From positions 1 to 64,000 of the forward strand of contig MU006003.1 in assembly GCA_010093745.1 (NCBI GenBank): a DNA stretch of 64,000 nucleotides. Reading direction: 5' to 3'. The notes beneath the pieces were generated by a model that ran no database searches, was not told the DNA's origin, and saw only the letters and a program-made list of their open reading frames with translations. Positions within the stretch are counted from its first letter, which is position 1. Every line of letters begins with the position of its first letter. The position numbers and the translations under genes were made by a program. Source of the stretch: Piedraia hortae CBS 480.64 (lineage: Eukaryota). Of this stretch, positions 23,572 through 35,735 are shown in pieces.

Positions 23572-25965
23572 ATGGTTATTCATAAGCTCGAAGATTCCAC
23601 CATCCGAACGATCGGCGCATCCCAAGTCATCACAGATCCTGCAGCTGTTGTCAAAGAACTGATCGATAATGCAATCGACGCACATGCCTCTGTAATCACT
23701 GTTGAAGTGCACAACAACACTCTTGATACAATCCAAGTGAGGGACAACGGCCACGGCATCGCCCCAGAAGACCGACCATTGGCGGCAAGACCGAATTGCA
23801 CCAGCAAGATTTCCAGTATAGACCATCTAAGATCTATAGGTGGCACGTTTCTAGGATTCAGAGGCCAAGCACTGGCTAGCATAGCCGAATTGAGTGGCTC
23901 TATCACGCTCAGCACACGAGTAGAAGGGGAGCCTGTTGCTGCAGTCTTGCACATTGATGAACGAGGCGAAGTGGTTACTGAAACGCGCGCTTCGTTGCCC
24001 GTAGGCACGCTCGTAAAGGTCACAGACCTTCTCAAGAGCAACCCTGTCCGTCGGCAGTTGGCCTTGAAGAACCGTGAGAAGTGTCTGAAGAAGATTAAAC
24101 ATGTCCTTCTCTCCTATGCCTTTGCGCGACCAACTATCAGGGTTTCACTCAAAGTTTTGAAAGCTCCAAAGGACAAGAATAATTGGATGTATGCACCCAA
24201 GGTCAATGGCACCATCAAAGATGTAGCTCTCAAAATCGTTGGCTCAGCCTGCGTTCAGCAATGTATTACCTTTGATGTAGAGGAGAATGGCTATGCTGTG
24301 CGTACGTTGCTACCTAGCCGCGATGCTCAGGTAGATAAAGTATCCGGTATCGGTGCGTTCGTATCGATAGACGGAAGGCCGGTTTCCTGTGCACGAGGCA
24401 CAATCAAACAAGCAGTAAAACTATTCCGGGATTCCTTGAAGTCCGCCAATCCCACTTTTAAAGGCATCAAAGAGCCCTTCCTGTATTTGAACATCACTTG
24501 TCCGTCTGCTGTGTATGATGCAAATGTTGAGCCTGCCAAGGATGAAGTGTTGTTCGAAGATACGGATGCTGTTATTGCAATCATCGGGAAGGTTTTTGAA
24601 AGCGTCTACTCGGAGAAGGATACTGCAGCTTTATCTGGCGACGAGATGCTCATTGACGACAAGATCGACCTACCGTCGAAATTCAGAGCGAATATGTCAG
24701 AGTGTCCGGAGGAAGAGCTTGACATCACGACGAATCGTCTCTCCAGTGGCTCTACAGCCACCCTCACAGGCGCAACTCCACCACCGAGCTCAGACATTCA
24801 AAATGTACCTATCTTATTCTCAAGACCGGATCAGATGCCAACCCCAATTTCATCCCCTCCACACCAACCGACAGGCGACTTCCATCCTTCCAATTACGTC
24901 CCTCCAATAAAGCTCGCACGAGATGGTCGTATAATTGACTATTCGGCATCCCAATCTCTAATGCCACCTCCCCCTTCCCCTACCCGACCATCAGCAATAG
25001 CAGCAGAGAGAACCTCGCCCTCCCACCAGCAAATTCAATACGGCCAAGAAGACAACATCCCCCTACACACCATGCCGGACATCACCCAACGCCCACGCAA
25101 CGAACGAGAACAAAGACCATCCCCAGTCTCTCGCCCACGTCCAAGCAACCTCATGCTCTCAGACGACCAGCCCCGCTCCAAACGCCCCCGTCGAGACCTC
25201 GACAAGCCAAGACCCCTCTCCCCACCCCGAAACAACCGCACCATCCGCGACTTCCTAGCCCAGCGCGAACCGTCCCTACCCACAACAGCCCTACCCACCA
25301 CTCCAACACATATTGAAGATCAAACTTCCGACCAACCTACCGTAACAGTAACTCCAGAAATCCTCAGCGGACGGGGCTTCATCCCCGCAAGCGAGCTCCC
25401 CGCGCTGGAGGCTCGAATGGAGCACCCAACTCGAAACGAAAACCCCGCGGTGGAAGAACATATCCCTAACGAACAAAACCTAATTGGTGTCCAGATCGGA
25501 CCGCCGGTTCGACGCAAGACTCGCGTGCGCTCAGCGCTCGAAGGGCTCGGGCATCGGGAGCACGATGCCCCCGACAACAAGGTTGAGATCCTCCCGTTAG
25601 ATGACCCTTCCACGCTCAGACAGCCGAGCGGGGGAAAGTTGCGAACTCCTGAAGGGGGTTGTTCTGTGGGGAAGAGGAGGGTTAAGTCGGGAAATTTACC
25701 GCTTGAACGGATTCCCACCGGACAGGGGACTGTTAATCTTAGACTTAGGATCGGGGTTTCCTTGGAGGAGATTGGAGGATTGGAGGAGGAGGAGGGGGAG
25801 ATGCGGATTGTTCTGACGGAGAGGGAGGTGGAGAGTATTGTTGTACGGCTACGTGCGTTGTTGGGGGACTGTGTTGAGGCTGGGAGGGATGTGCGGGCGT
25901 TTGTAAGGGATGAGGTTGCGGAGAGGGGATTGGTTGTGAGGGAGGAGATACTTGATGGGGGGTGA
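23572..25965 (+). CDS. MutL-family protein (MLH2/PMS1-like)
   Basis: GHKL ATPase motifs VVKELIDNAIDA, VRDNGHGI, TSKI, LGFRGQALASI and YDANVEPAKDEV, followed by a low-complexity C-terminal half. Confidence 0.8.
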   Translation: MVIHKLEDSTIRTIGASQVITDPAAVVKELIDNAIDAHASVITVEVHNNTLDTIQVRDNGHGIAPEDRPLAARPNCTSKISSIDHLRSIGGTFLGFRGQALASIAELSGSITLSTRVEGEPVAAVLHIDERGEVVTETRASLPVGTLVKVTDLLKSNPVRRQLALKNREKCLKKIKHVLLSYAFARPTIRVSLKVLKAPKDKNNWMYAPKVNGTIKDVALKIVGSACVQQCITFDVEENGYAVRTLLPSRDAQVDKVSGIGAFVSIDGRPVSCARGTIKQAVKLFRDSLKSANPTFKGIKEPFLYLNITCPSAVYDANVEPAKDEVLFEDTDAVIAIIGKVFESVYSEKDTAALSGDEMLIDDKIDLPSKFRANMSECPEEELDITTNRLSSGSTATLTGATPPPSSDIQNVPILFSRPDQMPTPISSPPHQPTGDFHPSNYVPPIKLARDGRIIDYSASQSLMPPPPSPTRPSAIAAERTSPSHQQIQYGQEDNIPLHTMPDITQRPRNEREQRPSPVSRPRPSNLMLSDDQPRSKRPRRDLDKPRPLSPPRNNRTIRDFLAQREPSLPTTALPTTPTHIEDQTSDQPTVTVTPEILSGRGFIPASELPALEARMEHPTRNENPAVEEHIPNEQNLIGVQIGPPVRRKTRVRSALEGLGHREHDAPDNKVEILPLDDPSTLRQPSGGKLRTPEGGCSVGKRRVKSGNLPLERIPTGQGTVNLRLRIGVSLEEIGGLEEEEGEMRIVLTEREVESIVVRLRALLGDCVEAGRDVRAFVRDEVAERGLVVREEILDGG

Positions 25966-26339
25966 TGATGATGGTGGGGCGGGGATCTTCCGGTGTGCTG
26001 GGGGATGGTGATGTAATTTGATGGAGAAACTTTGCTGTACTCGGTGAGCAATATATCTTATTCGTGGGATGGCGGATTTTTCATTTCCATCTCGCTACAT
26101 TCTTCGCCAAAGCCATAAGCTGGTGCAATGAAGACACCCTCCAAAGATGAGTGGTGGTATCAAGGTTTTTTTTTTCAGACTACAGAAATTAGTGGTATTT
26201 TTCCTGGTAGGTTTTTGTGGAGAAAGGATCTACTCAGCCGATTTTCAAGCCATGCATGCTATAGCGCACAAGTGAGAGTGTTTATAATGAGACAGTTCAG
26301 ACGACAGCTTCGACATTATCTACCTATCCTGAGCCATTG

Positions 26340-27609
26340 GTGTGCTGTGCCTAGAAAAAGTCCGAAAAAAGTCATCAACTCTACAAAACGTCTTTGCAAA
26401 AAACTCACCAGAAACATTCACAGGCATCTCCTCAATGTGCATGCTATAAAATTGCTCCAGCTCGCGTACCATGCGCTTATCCTCGGCGGTAACAAAGTTG
26501 ATCGCCACACCCTTGCGTCCGAAGCAACCTCCACGGCCGATGCGATGGACATAATTCTCATGGTTGAAGGGAAGGTCATAGTTAATGGTCAAAGACACCT
26601 GCACATCGATACCACGAGCGAGCAAGTCGGTCGCGATGAGGACACGAGAGGAGCCCGAGCGGAATTCCTTCATGATGGAGCTGCGCTCCTACTGGGTCAT
26701 GTCACCATGCAGGGCGGAGACGGCAAAAAGTCGCGAGACTTAAGGGCTTCGGAGAGACTGTCGACCTTGGCGCGGGTGTTGCAGAAGATAACCACTTGTG
26801 TGGTGGTCACGGTCTCGTAGAGGTCGCAAGTTGTGTCGAGCTTTCAATCTTCTCTCTTAACGGCAATGTAAAATTGCTGAATCCCCTCGAGGGTCAACTC
26901 ATCTTTCTTCACCAGAATGCGCACCGGATCACGCAGGAACTTGTTCGTCACCTGGAGGACATCCTGGGGCATTGTGGCAGAGAGCAAAGCTGATTGGGTT
27001 GTTTTAGGAGCAGCTGGAAGACATTGTAAATCTGCTCCGTGAACTTACGGGAGAGGTTTCATCAAGTATAAAGATCTTGATGGCATCAGCCTTGAGGATT
27101 CGACGCTTAACCATGTCATGAACACGATCAGGAGTGCCGACAACAACCTGAGCGCCTTCCTTTAAAGCTTTCATGTCATCGCGGATGTTGGTGCCGCCGA
27201 TGCATAGGTGGCAATCAATATTTATAAAGTTACCAATGGTGATGACAACCTTTGGGGTTTGCTGGGCCAGCTCACGGGTGGGAACTAGAATCAGTGCCTG
27301 GCATTCCTTAGCAGAGGCATCGATGCGTTGCAGGACGGAAGTGGTGAATGTAGCAGTCTTGCTGGTTCCGGATTGTGCCTGTGCAATTACATCGTCACCA
27401 CTGATAATGGGCTTGATGGCACGTTACTGAATAGCAGACGGACGCTTGAAACCGTAGGCATAGACGCCTCGGAGGAGGTCGTTCTTCGGGCCCATCTCAT
27501 CAAATGACTTGACGGATTCATTGTAGTTGGTTCTCAATTTGATCTGGACAAATTAGGATGCTCGCAAGGGAATGGGATTTAATTACCGTCGTTAATCTCC
27601 CGGTGACAT
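26340..27609 (-). pseudogene. TIF1: eIF4A (DEAD-box) pseudogene
   Basis: [53 protein letters not shown] and [15 protein letters not shown]. Lesions include a stop at 27424-27426, frameshifts and a deleted DEAD motif. Confidence 0.9.
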
Positions 27610-29168
27610 TTCTTGATAACCATAGTGGGCAGTTTTCGATTGTGGTATATTGGGTTAGTGTGTGTTGTGATGGTTGTTGTGTGTGGAATCATTTTGAACG
27701 GGGTATGTGCAGATTTTGAAGTGTAAATTCGTGCGCTAAGGACTAGTTTCTGTCATATGTCTTCCCGTTCTGGACCCACTTCAAGTGAACTCTAATGAGA
27801 TTTTTGACAGTTGACTTGATGCGGGCCAAGAATGCTTGACCAAAATACACAGCACCGCGCACAAAATGCAATTAGCCTCTTCTCATTAGATCGTTATTGG
27901 GTCCAACTACCTAGCTGTGTTCTCACCGACTACCATGGCGTCCAGAATGAGTCATAAGGCCAGTCAATTACTCATGTCGCCCCGCACTCCATCCAGCCCG
28001 AGTTAGGTTTTTAACAATTAATGAAAGTGCACCACCCGTACATGTGGCTCAAAACCCCACATCCAACTCGCAACACCTCACAATATTGGAAGACACCCCT
28101 TGCCACACCAACTTGGACAATTCCTGCCTGTCACCATCCCATGTTTTTCGGCGCAATTTAATCATAGCTGGAAACAGATCAATATCTTGCCCGCATTTTC
28201 ATTAGTCATAGCTGGCATCAGATTGATTTGTCGTTCATCTATTCATACCTTCATCTTGTCCATTGGTCCACTTACCTCATTTTACTTGCTCTCCGGTAAA
28301 CATGCCTGACAATTATTTCATATGCCCAGCTCGCTACACCAAAGAGAAGATACACCGTAGGGGTTGAGTTTGACAGCGTTTCCTTAAAGTATGTAAAAAT
28401 GGATTTGTTAGCATACTCAAATTGGGATATGGGCAAGCATTCCAAGCTGGGGGTCGCGCATACATAAGGAAGGAAAAACAGCACCATTGCTGAGAACTCC
28501 AACCCAGGAATTCACCAAGGCTAAATATCCATCCGAGATTCAACGCTCACGAGAACCAGCGTGAAAATTGTGTAGCGTTAGGACTCTCGTGGATGGGAGT
28601 GCGTAGCGGCCTGAACTAGGAGGACGTAGCGATAGACGGAGATCAACGACAGGGACAGGAAAGACGCAGGTGGAGGGGAGTCAATACCAGTGTCGATATG
28701 ACAGTGTGAGTGACTATCTCTCTACGAGGGGACGTCAGAATAGATATTCTGTACGTGCATTTGCCATGCCACATCTGACATGGCGCTGAGGGGAAACCGA
28801 TGTGGGGGGAAAAAACCTAAGGTGCAGCCGGTAGTGTAGGGGGTATAGCTGACTTGCTGTTCAAGTGTCCCGCATACGCACTAGCGGCGATGCTTGACTC
28901 CAACAAATTGATCGACATTGCAGTCAACCCACCAGAAGAAGGCGCGATTCTAGTGTACCTAGAGTCAAAAATGCTCTAACAGGCCGTAACGGGCTCGAAC
29001 TGGGCATGTACCGGGCAGGTTTGAGCCGGTATCGAGCCGGTCGAGCTTTGTGCCGAGCCGCATCGAGCCGAGAAACTGTAACGCCATTCCTGCAGCTTAC
29101 GGCAGTCACCTCTTTCCGCACTCCCAACCTCGATCCCACATCAACATGGAGCGCAAATCCCATGCACG

Positions 29169-29396
29169 ATGTCTCAGATTCGACTGTACCCTTCCCTTAA
29201 AACACAGTGCATCATTGACACCGTGGTGTTCAAAGACGAGCATATCGAGAGATTAATCGTCGAGCATATGGAGCGTGTTTTCACCAGAGGTGAGATGACA
29301 CATATTCTTCTGGTGCGTGGATGGACGGAAGCTCTTGATGAGGTATATGAATGCAGTGTGAAGGGCTGCATACACCTTTCATTTCCGCTACGGTGA
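29169..29396 (+). CDS. Small hypothetical protein (75 aa)
   Basis: ATG-initiated ORF with globular-like composition and no recognised motif. Confidence 0.3.
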   Translation: MSQIRLYPSLKTQCIIDTVVFKDEHIERLIVEHMERVFTRGEMTHILLVRGWTEALDEVYECSVKGCIHLSFPLR

Positions 29397-29500
29397 GGAC
29401 AGGAGAGTGGACGCATCGTTCCCAATACGACATTCCAACTTGAACCTGCATAATAAATCATCTTATTCCAAGAAATATCCAGTTAACAAGCATCATTAAC

Positions 29501-30205
29501 CTAATTCAATCTGACCAATGCCTCCGCAGCTCGTCTCATGAGAGCACTCGTCATGGAAGAGCAGGAAGACTGGTCATCATCTCTCGCTTCCTCACCACGG
29601 TACCCGAAATGGCTAAGATCCAAAGGTCTCTGTTCGTGACGACAAGGGGATTTCTCGAGCGGAGGTAGGGCCGGTTTCATATCATATCGCCGCTTCTTTG
29701 CTGGAGGAGAGACATCACGTTTCCTATACCGATGAGCACGCTCAGTCAAAGGCAGCTGCTTCATCGGCATTGCCTTCTGACGATTATCATTCTCATCCCA
29801 ATGCGGCATAGCATCTCTCGACTTCTTCTTTTGCAGTGGAGGAGGATTTGCCGACCACCTCAATTCGTCTCTCAGAAACTTCATCTCCGTAGTTGCCAAA
29901 TCAGGCACACCCTCTCTCTTCCCATGTCTTCCATGAGCAAACAGTCCTGTTGCAACGGGAGGCGCCAACTAACGAGTCAACATCCCTGTCCCAGGGAAGG
30001 GACGTCAACTCACAGTTAGTCTCTTCCCAGCTTTCTCCTCCTTGATCTTTCGATTCAACTCGTCGTTTGCCTTCGTCCTCTTCCGAGGCTCATACCGATC
30101 AGGTTTGGTTTTGTGGCGGGGGCGTTTGGCGTAGGAATCAGAAGGTTTGGGTTCGACGGTTGTCTGCAGCCAGGTTTGGACATCCATGTGGTTGCGGGGG
30201 TCCAT
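29501..30205 (-). CDS. Hypothetical basic, low-complexity protein; probable intron ~29956-30012
   Basis: Two ORFs (30005-30205 and 29501-29968) flank a GTGAGT donor; motif RHKTKPDRYEP. Confidence 0.5.
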
Positions 30206-30762
30206 GGGATGGGTGGTTCACATGGTATTGGCTAGTTGAGGATCTGAGTTGAAAAGGGAAGGAACACAGGGGGTGTCAGTTGGTCATCTAAGCGAGTGAG
30301 GATCCATGTGATGGTGGGGTTTCATAGTACTGGCTACATAGTTCGGGATTTGCGGCGAAAGGGAAAGGAGCATTGGAGGATTAGTCATTGTGGAGCTTGG
30401 CCACACGATTTGATTAGCGATCAATGAGGAACCAAATTACACAGCATCAGTTCTTCATTTATTCTTCTACATTGCAGCTTCATGCATTCTCTCCATCAGA
30501 TATCCGAATACAGTCAAACCTGGATACAGCGAATTTCTCCTTATAGCGAAGGTTCAGCATCCCAATCGGGTCCCCACTCACCTGTACGTACCTGCATACA
30601 GCGGATCCTTGATATAGCGGACAAGATTCTTGCGCCAGATCGACCCGCTATAACCAAGTTCGGTACCATGAAGCTGCATTTCTAGCGGAAAGGTTCCGTC
30701 GGCAATAGCAACCATTCAGCTTTCCGCACATTGGAGAAAAATTCCAACAACCAAGACCCAGT

Positions 30763-31794
30763 ATGGATGCACCCGGCCACGAAGCGGTGTTTCAAAAATC
30801 TGAAACCCTTCCCAAAGATGCCATCGCAGTCCAAGGCCTAGATTTCGACCGAAACCCAGCAAATGATATCAAACTTCCCGACTTTGCAACCCATCTATCT
30901 CGGACCGGTTACCAAGCATCTGCGTTGGGACGGGCCGTGGAAATCGTCAAAGAAATGCAGAATTGGAAAGACGTCGAAACAGGAACGGGAACGACAATTT
31001 TCCTGGGCTACACTTCTAACTTAGTCTCTTCTGGGCTGAGGGAGACAATTCGATGGCTTGTGCAGCATCGTTATGTCTCAGCAATTGTTACGACGGCGGG
31101 CGGTGTGGAAGAGGACTTGATCAAATGTCTAGCTCCAACTTTCCTGGGCGGTGGTTTCGACCAAGCCCCTGGTGAGAGTCTCAGACGGCGTGGAATTAAC
31201 CGCATCGGAGATCTTTTGGTCCCGAATGATAATTACTGTGCATTTGAGGACTGGCTGATGCCTATTCTCGACCGTGTTGTTGCGGAACAGGAGGAGAACA
31301 AGGTGCATTGGACCCCCAGCAAACTAATCTCTCGTCTTGGAAAGGAAATCAATAATAAAGACTCAATTTGTTACTGGGCGTGGAAGAATGATATCCCAAT
31401 CTTTTCTCCAGCACTGACAGACGGTAGTCTGGGTGATATGCTCTACTTTCACACGTTTAAATGTGATGTGGATCGGCATATACGGATTGACATTGTAGAA
31501 GACATCCGGAAGATTAACACCATTGCGGTGAGGGCCAAGAGAACTGGCATGATTGTCTGCGGCGGCGGTCTAGTGAAGCATCACATTGCAAATGCAAACC
31601 TCATGCGTAATGGCGCTGATTCTGCCGTTTACATAAACACGGCACAGGAGTTTGATGGATCGGATGCTGGCGCCCGACCCGATGAGGCTGTCAGTTGGGG
31701 CAAGATCAAGCCAGATGGTAGCAAGGTCAAGGTATGTGCGGATGCCACGATTATCCTGCCAATTCTGGTAGCAGCAACGTTTGCAAAAGAGTAA
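30763..31794 (+). CDS. DYS1: Deoxyhypusine synthase
   Basis: [43 protein letters not shown] and [20 protein letters not shown]. Confidence 0.96.
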   Translation: MDAPGHEAVFQKSETLPKDAIAVQGLDFDRNPANDIKLPDFATHLSRTGYQASALGRAVEIVKEMQNWKDVETGTGTTIFLGYTSNLVSSGLRETIRWLVQHRYVSAIVTTAGGVEEDLIKCLAPTFLGGGFDQAPGESLRRRGINRIGDLLVPNDNYCAFEDWLMPILDRVVAEQEENKVHWTPSKLISRLGKEINNKDSICYWAWKNDIPIFSPALTDGSLGDMLYFHTFKCDVDRHIRIDIVEDIRKINTIAVRAKRTGMIVCGGGLVKHHIANANLMRNGADSAVYINTAQEFDGSDAGARPDEAVSWGKIKPDGSKVKVCADATIILPILVAATFAKE

Positions 31795-32291
31795 TGCACC
31801 ATCTGTCCTCGTCAGTTCTCATCTCCTTTGTCTTCTTTTTTTTCGCCCTATACATCCAGTCCATTGATATTCTACCACTCTCATGACTTCCGTTGACAGC
31901 TGAAACATTCCCCTTGCTCTCTTGGGGAAGGAGTCTCGGAATATGACGGTCTCATCTGTTACAATGAAACTACCTGAATTTCTCATCCAGATGTCTGGGT
32001 GCCGTGAAATTCCATTTTCCAGCGAATAGCGATACCTGTGCATTGAGTGACCGCTTGATCGGTAATGAATGGATGGATCATGGACTATATGGCTAGATAG
32101 AAATCACTGCTGAGTGAATAGAAACCCGAGGACGAACTTGGTTGTACCATTGAGGTGTAGTGGCTAGCGCGAAGGCGCAGGAACCATTGACGTATGCAGG
32201 ACGTCATACCTTGATGGTTCACACAAGCGGAAATGTCATAAATATAGGTTTTGCACTGTAATTCAAATTCCTGACTTTCTAAATCCCAGCC

Positions 32292-33319
32292 ATAGATGCA
32301 CCGGACCATGAAACCGTTTTTAACAAATGCGAAACCCTCCCCAAAGATGCCATCACAGTAGAAGTAATAAATTTCGACCGAAACCCAGCAAAGGAGATGA
32401 AAGTCTTTGACCGGGCGACCTATTTCTCCTGAATCGGATTCCAAGTATCTGCGATGTGACGGGCCGTGGAAATAGTAAAGAAATGCAGCAATGAATAGAC
32501 GCCAAGACAGGAACGGGTATGACGATCTTCCTAGGCAACACTTCCAACCTGGTTTCTTCTGGGCTGGGGGAGACGATCAAATGGCTTGTACAATATCGTC
32601 ACGTTTCGGCAATTGTCACAACGGCAGGCGGTGTGGAAGAACATCTGATAAAGCGCCTTGCCCCAGCCTTTCTCGGCGGCAGCTTCGATGTAGCTACTGG
32701 CGAGAGACTCAGACGTCGCGGGACTAACCGCATCAGAGATCTTTTGATACCAAATGATAATTACTGGGCGTTCGAAGACTGGATCATGCCTGCCCTTGAC
32801 CGTATTGTGCTGGAGCACGAAGAGAAGAAGGTGCGCTGGACCCCTAGCACATTCATCGCCCTCTTAGAAAAGAAATCAGCAACGAAGACTCAATCTGTTA
32901 CTGGGCCTGGAAAATGATATCCCCTTTTTTGCCCGGCAATTACAGACGGTAGCCTGGGCGATATGCTCTACTTTCACCCTTTCAGGTGTGAGGAGGATAG
33001 GCACATACTGTTAGACAGTATGAAAGATACCAGGGATTTTCATGCTATCCCGCTAAGGGTCAAGAGAACGGGCATGATTATATGCGGAAGTGGATCGGTG
33101 AAGCATCACATTGCAAATGCAAACCTCGTGCGAAATGGGGCTGATTCTGCCGTTTACATAAACACGGCACAGGGGTTTGATGGGTCGGATGCTGGCGCTC
33201 GACCCGATGAGGCTGTCAGTTGAGGAAAAATTAAGCCCAAAACTAACACGGTCAAAGTTTGCGGCGATGCGACGATAATTTTCCCAAACCTAGTAGCGGT
33301 GACGTTTGCCAGAGAGTGA
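32292..33319 (+). pseudogene. DYS1: Tandem-duplicated deoxyhypusine synthase pseudogene
   Basis: Colinear with 30763-31794 over its full length. The start is ATA, there are frameshifts, and TGG>TGA occurs at 33221-33223 in SWGK. Confidence 0.92.
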
Positions 33320-33499
33320 TCTAGGTATGAAGTTGAGCTGACCTGAAGCGGCATCAGCTGCAATCCAGACCGATTGAACTAAATAATTCAATGTAGGCAA
33401 CGAGACCCGCTAAGCAATGTAGATCAGATAAACCCTGCTTCGGTTAGCCCGCAGTGATATCAGAAAAGACTTGCACCACAGTGAAACACATTAACTAGC

Positions 33500-35138
33500 C
33501 TAATACTGCTCTTCCGGGCAATCAAAGGCTAAATGACCCTCCTTCTCGCACAATGCACACCACTTGTCCTCGTCGGTCTTGTCCTTCGTCTTCGTCTCCT
33601 TTGTTTTAGCCCCATTCGTTTCCAACCCATTAACGCCATTTTTATGACCGCCGTTCACAACAGAAACATTTCCCTGACTCTTCTGATTCTTGACCAATTC
33701 CTTGAGACTCTTCAGCTCGGCTTCTTTACTCTCCAACTCAGCCCTGTTCTCAGCTTTGTTCCTCTCGACCTCTCCCCGTAGAAATTCCACCTCGCCTCGG
33801 GCCTCGGCCTCGCAACGACGACTCTCCTCCAGACCTTCCTCAAGCTCAGCGACTAATTCCTCAAGCTGCTTCAGTTGGGCCGTGATGTTCTCCAGCTCGC
33901 CGTTCCCAACATCAACACCATCGGCGGTTGAACGCAACTCATCGTTCTCCGCCTGTAGGTCAGCAATCTGAGAGAGAAGATGACGCTTTTGCTCCTCATA
34001 AACGCGCTCCGTCTCGGTCGACGCCATCTCCAGGCTGTCCAGAGTGCTACGGAAGTCTGCACGGTGAGAGTCAAAGTCTTTGGTCATGGCCGCAATCTTC
34101 TCGTTCTTCTCCCGCAGAGCCTGGCGCAGTTGGGCCGTTGTGCGCAAGTCTTCGTCGTCGCCCTCGGCGTCTCCTTCTCCACCGTTTGGAACCAGTGCAG
34201 ACAGCTCTTTGAGGCTCTTTTCCATCTCCGCCAGGGTCTTGGCCTGATCTGCGAGCCGCTTGTCCCGATCAGCGATTTCTTTTTGAAGCAGCGCAATCTC
34301 TCCGACGTTGGTTTTGGACGGCGAAGCGCGTAGTGTCTGGGCAAGATGGCCTCTGCCTTCAGTATCGTTGTGGCCGAGCCGGGAGCCTGTGCGAGAGAAC
34401 GGCCGAGGCGTCTGGCTTGGAACTCTGGACGTGGAAGCCTTGAAGCTTCCTGGACGACCAGGCGTTGTTCCCGGACGCGGACCGCGCATGCTTTGTGAAA
34501 AGCCACGGGTAGGCTGCGGCGCAGGGTTCGCTGCAGTGCGGTGGATGGGAGATTCGGGGCGGCTAAGCGATGGACGTTTCGGCCTCAGCACAGGGCTTGC
34601 GGCACGCGCTCCAGGACCTATTGTCTGCGAGAACGAATGGTGCTTGGCTCCGACAGCGGTGCCGGGGGATGTCGAGGCCTCCTGGTTGAAGCGAGCAGTA
34701 AGCGGAGTGTTGGGAGGGTCAAACGAGGCGGTATAGGATTGCTTCTCGGCACGGTGAACGGGTAGGAAGATGCCAGACTTAGGGATCGTCGTCTTGAAGT
34801 AGAATTTGCTGTGTTGCGTCAGCCCCCATCGTTGTTGTTGTTGTTGCCGCCAAGGCTACTGACCCATCGACATCGCCGTCGTTCTTCCCTCGCGCAGCAA
34901 ACTCACGCGATAATTCGACGCCAACAAAGCGTCCTGGCTTGCCTGCGACGTTTCCGACGTAGCGCACAGTGCCCAACATGTCGCCAGGCACTTTGACGCT
35001 GTCGCCAACCTCCAGTTCCGACGATGCGTGGCCATTGGCGCTGGCGTTCATCATTGACGTCGGCTGAATGCTTCCCCTGCGAACGTTTGCGGTCTGGCTC
35101 AGTGAGGGCCGAGCGCGGCGGATTTGCGGAGCGGCCAT
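33500..35138 (-). CDS. CLIP-170-like plus-end tracking protein (CAP-Gly, coiled coil, CCHC knuckle); intron ~34810-34864
   Basis: GTVRYVG...GVEL...GKNDGDVDG, then a coiled coil, then C-terminal WCALCEKEGHLAFDCPEEQY. Confidence 0.85.
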
Positions 35139-35735
35139 GATCGGCGGTTCAGGGGTGTGTCAAGCAGAGTTCGGACGTCAAGGGTCAGCTGCAGGGATTT
35201 GGTTGATGACACGACGCGCCAGGACGCGCCGTTGCTGTGGACATCGCAAATATCAACAAACAGCCGACTGTCCGCCTGACCTTCAGACACATCACTTTCG
35301 AATATACATGCGTCATGTCTATTTTCCATGTGATGGTGACGTCGTCGAAACTGTTCCGCGGGTAGGTAATCCATTCTGAACAATCAACTCATACCATAGT
35401 CATCGCCCATCCCTATCATTGGTGTAATGTATGCAATTACATGACAGTCAACATCTACAGTACAAGTGGAAGCTGTTTGATGCCCGACTAAACAGTCACG
35501 TATAAATGCATAGCATGTGTTGTTGCAGGCTGCCTGCAGTAGGTACGTAGACCGTTAATCAAATGTCCCTCCATTCCTCCACGAAATAAGAACAGCACTC
35601 CTACAAGGTGGACTTACCTTCAATATGCCATATAAGTGAAAACCAGAGACAATGCTATACCGCGACTTTGGCCGAACCAGGGTCCCCCGCAGCCGTTTGG
35701 ACAGACCTCGGCACAAGTTCTCCGGAACAATCACA

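Noticed and set aside
26128..26820. 230-aa plus-strand ORF
   Set aside because: Antisense shadow of the eIF4A pseudogene.
27800..28550. Minus-strand fragments with a repeated GVASW peptide
   Set aside because: Too degraded to assign to any family.
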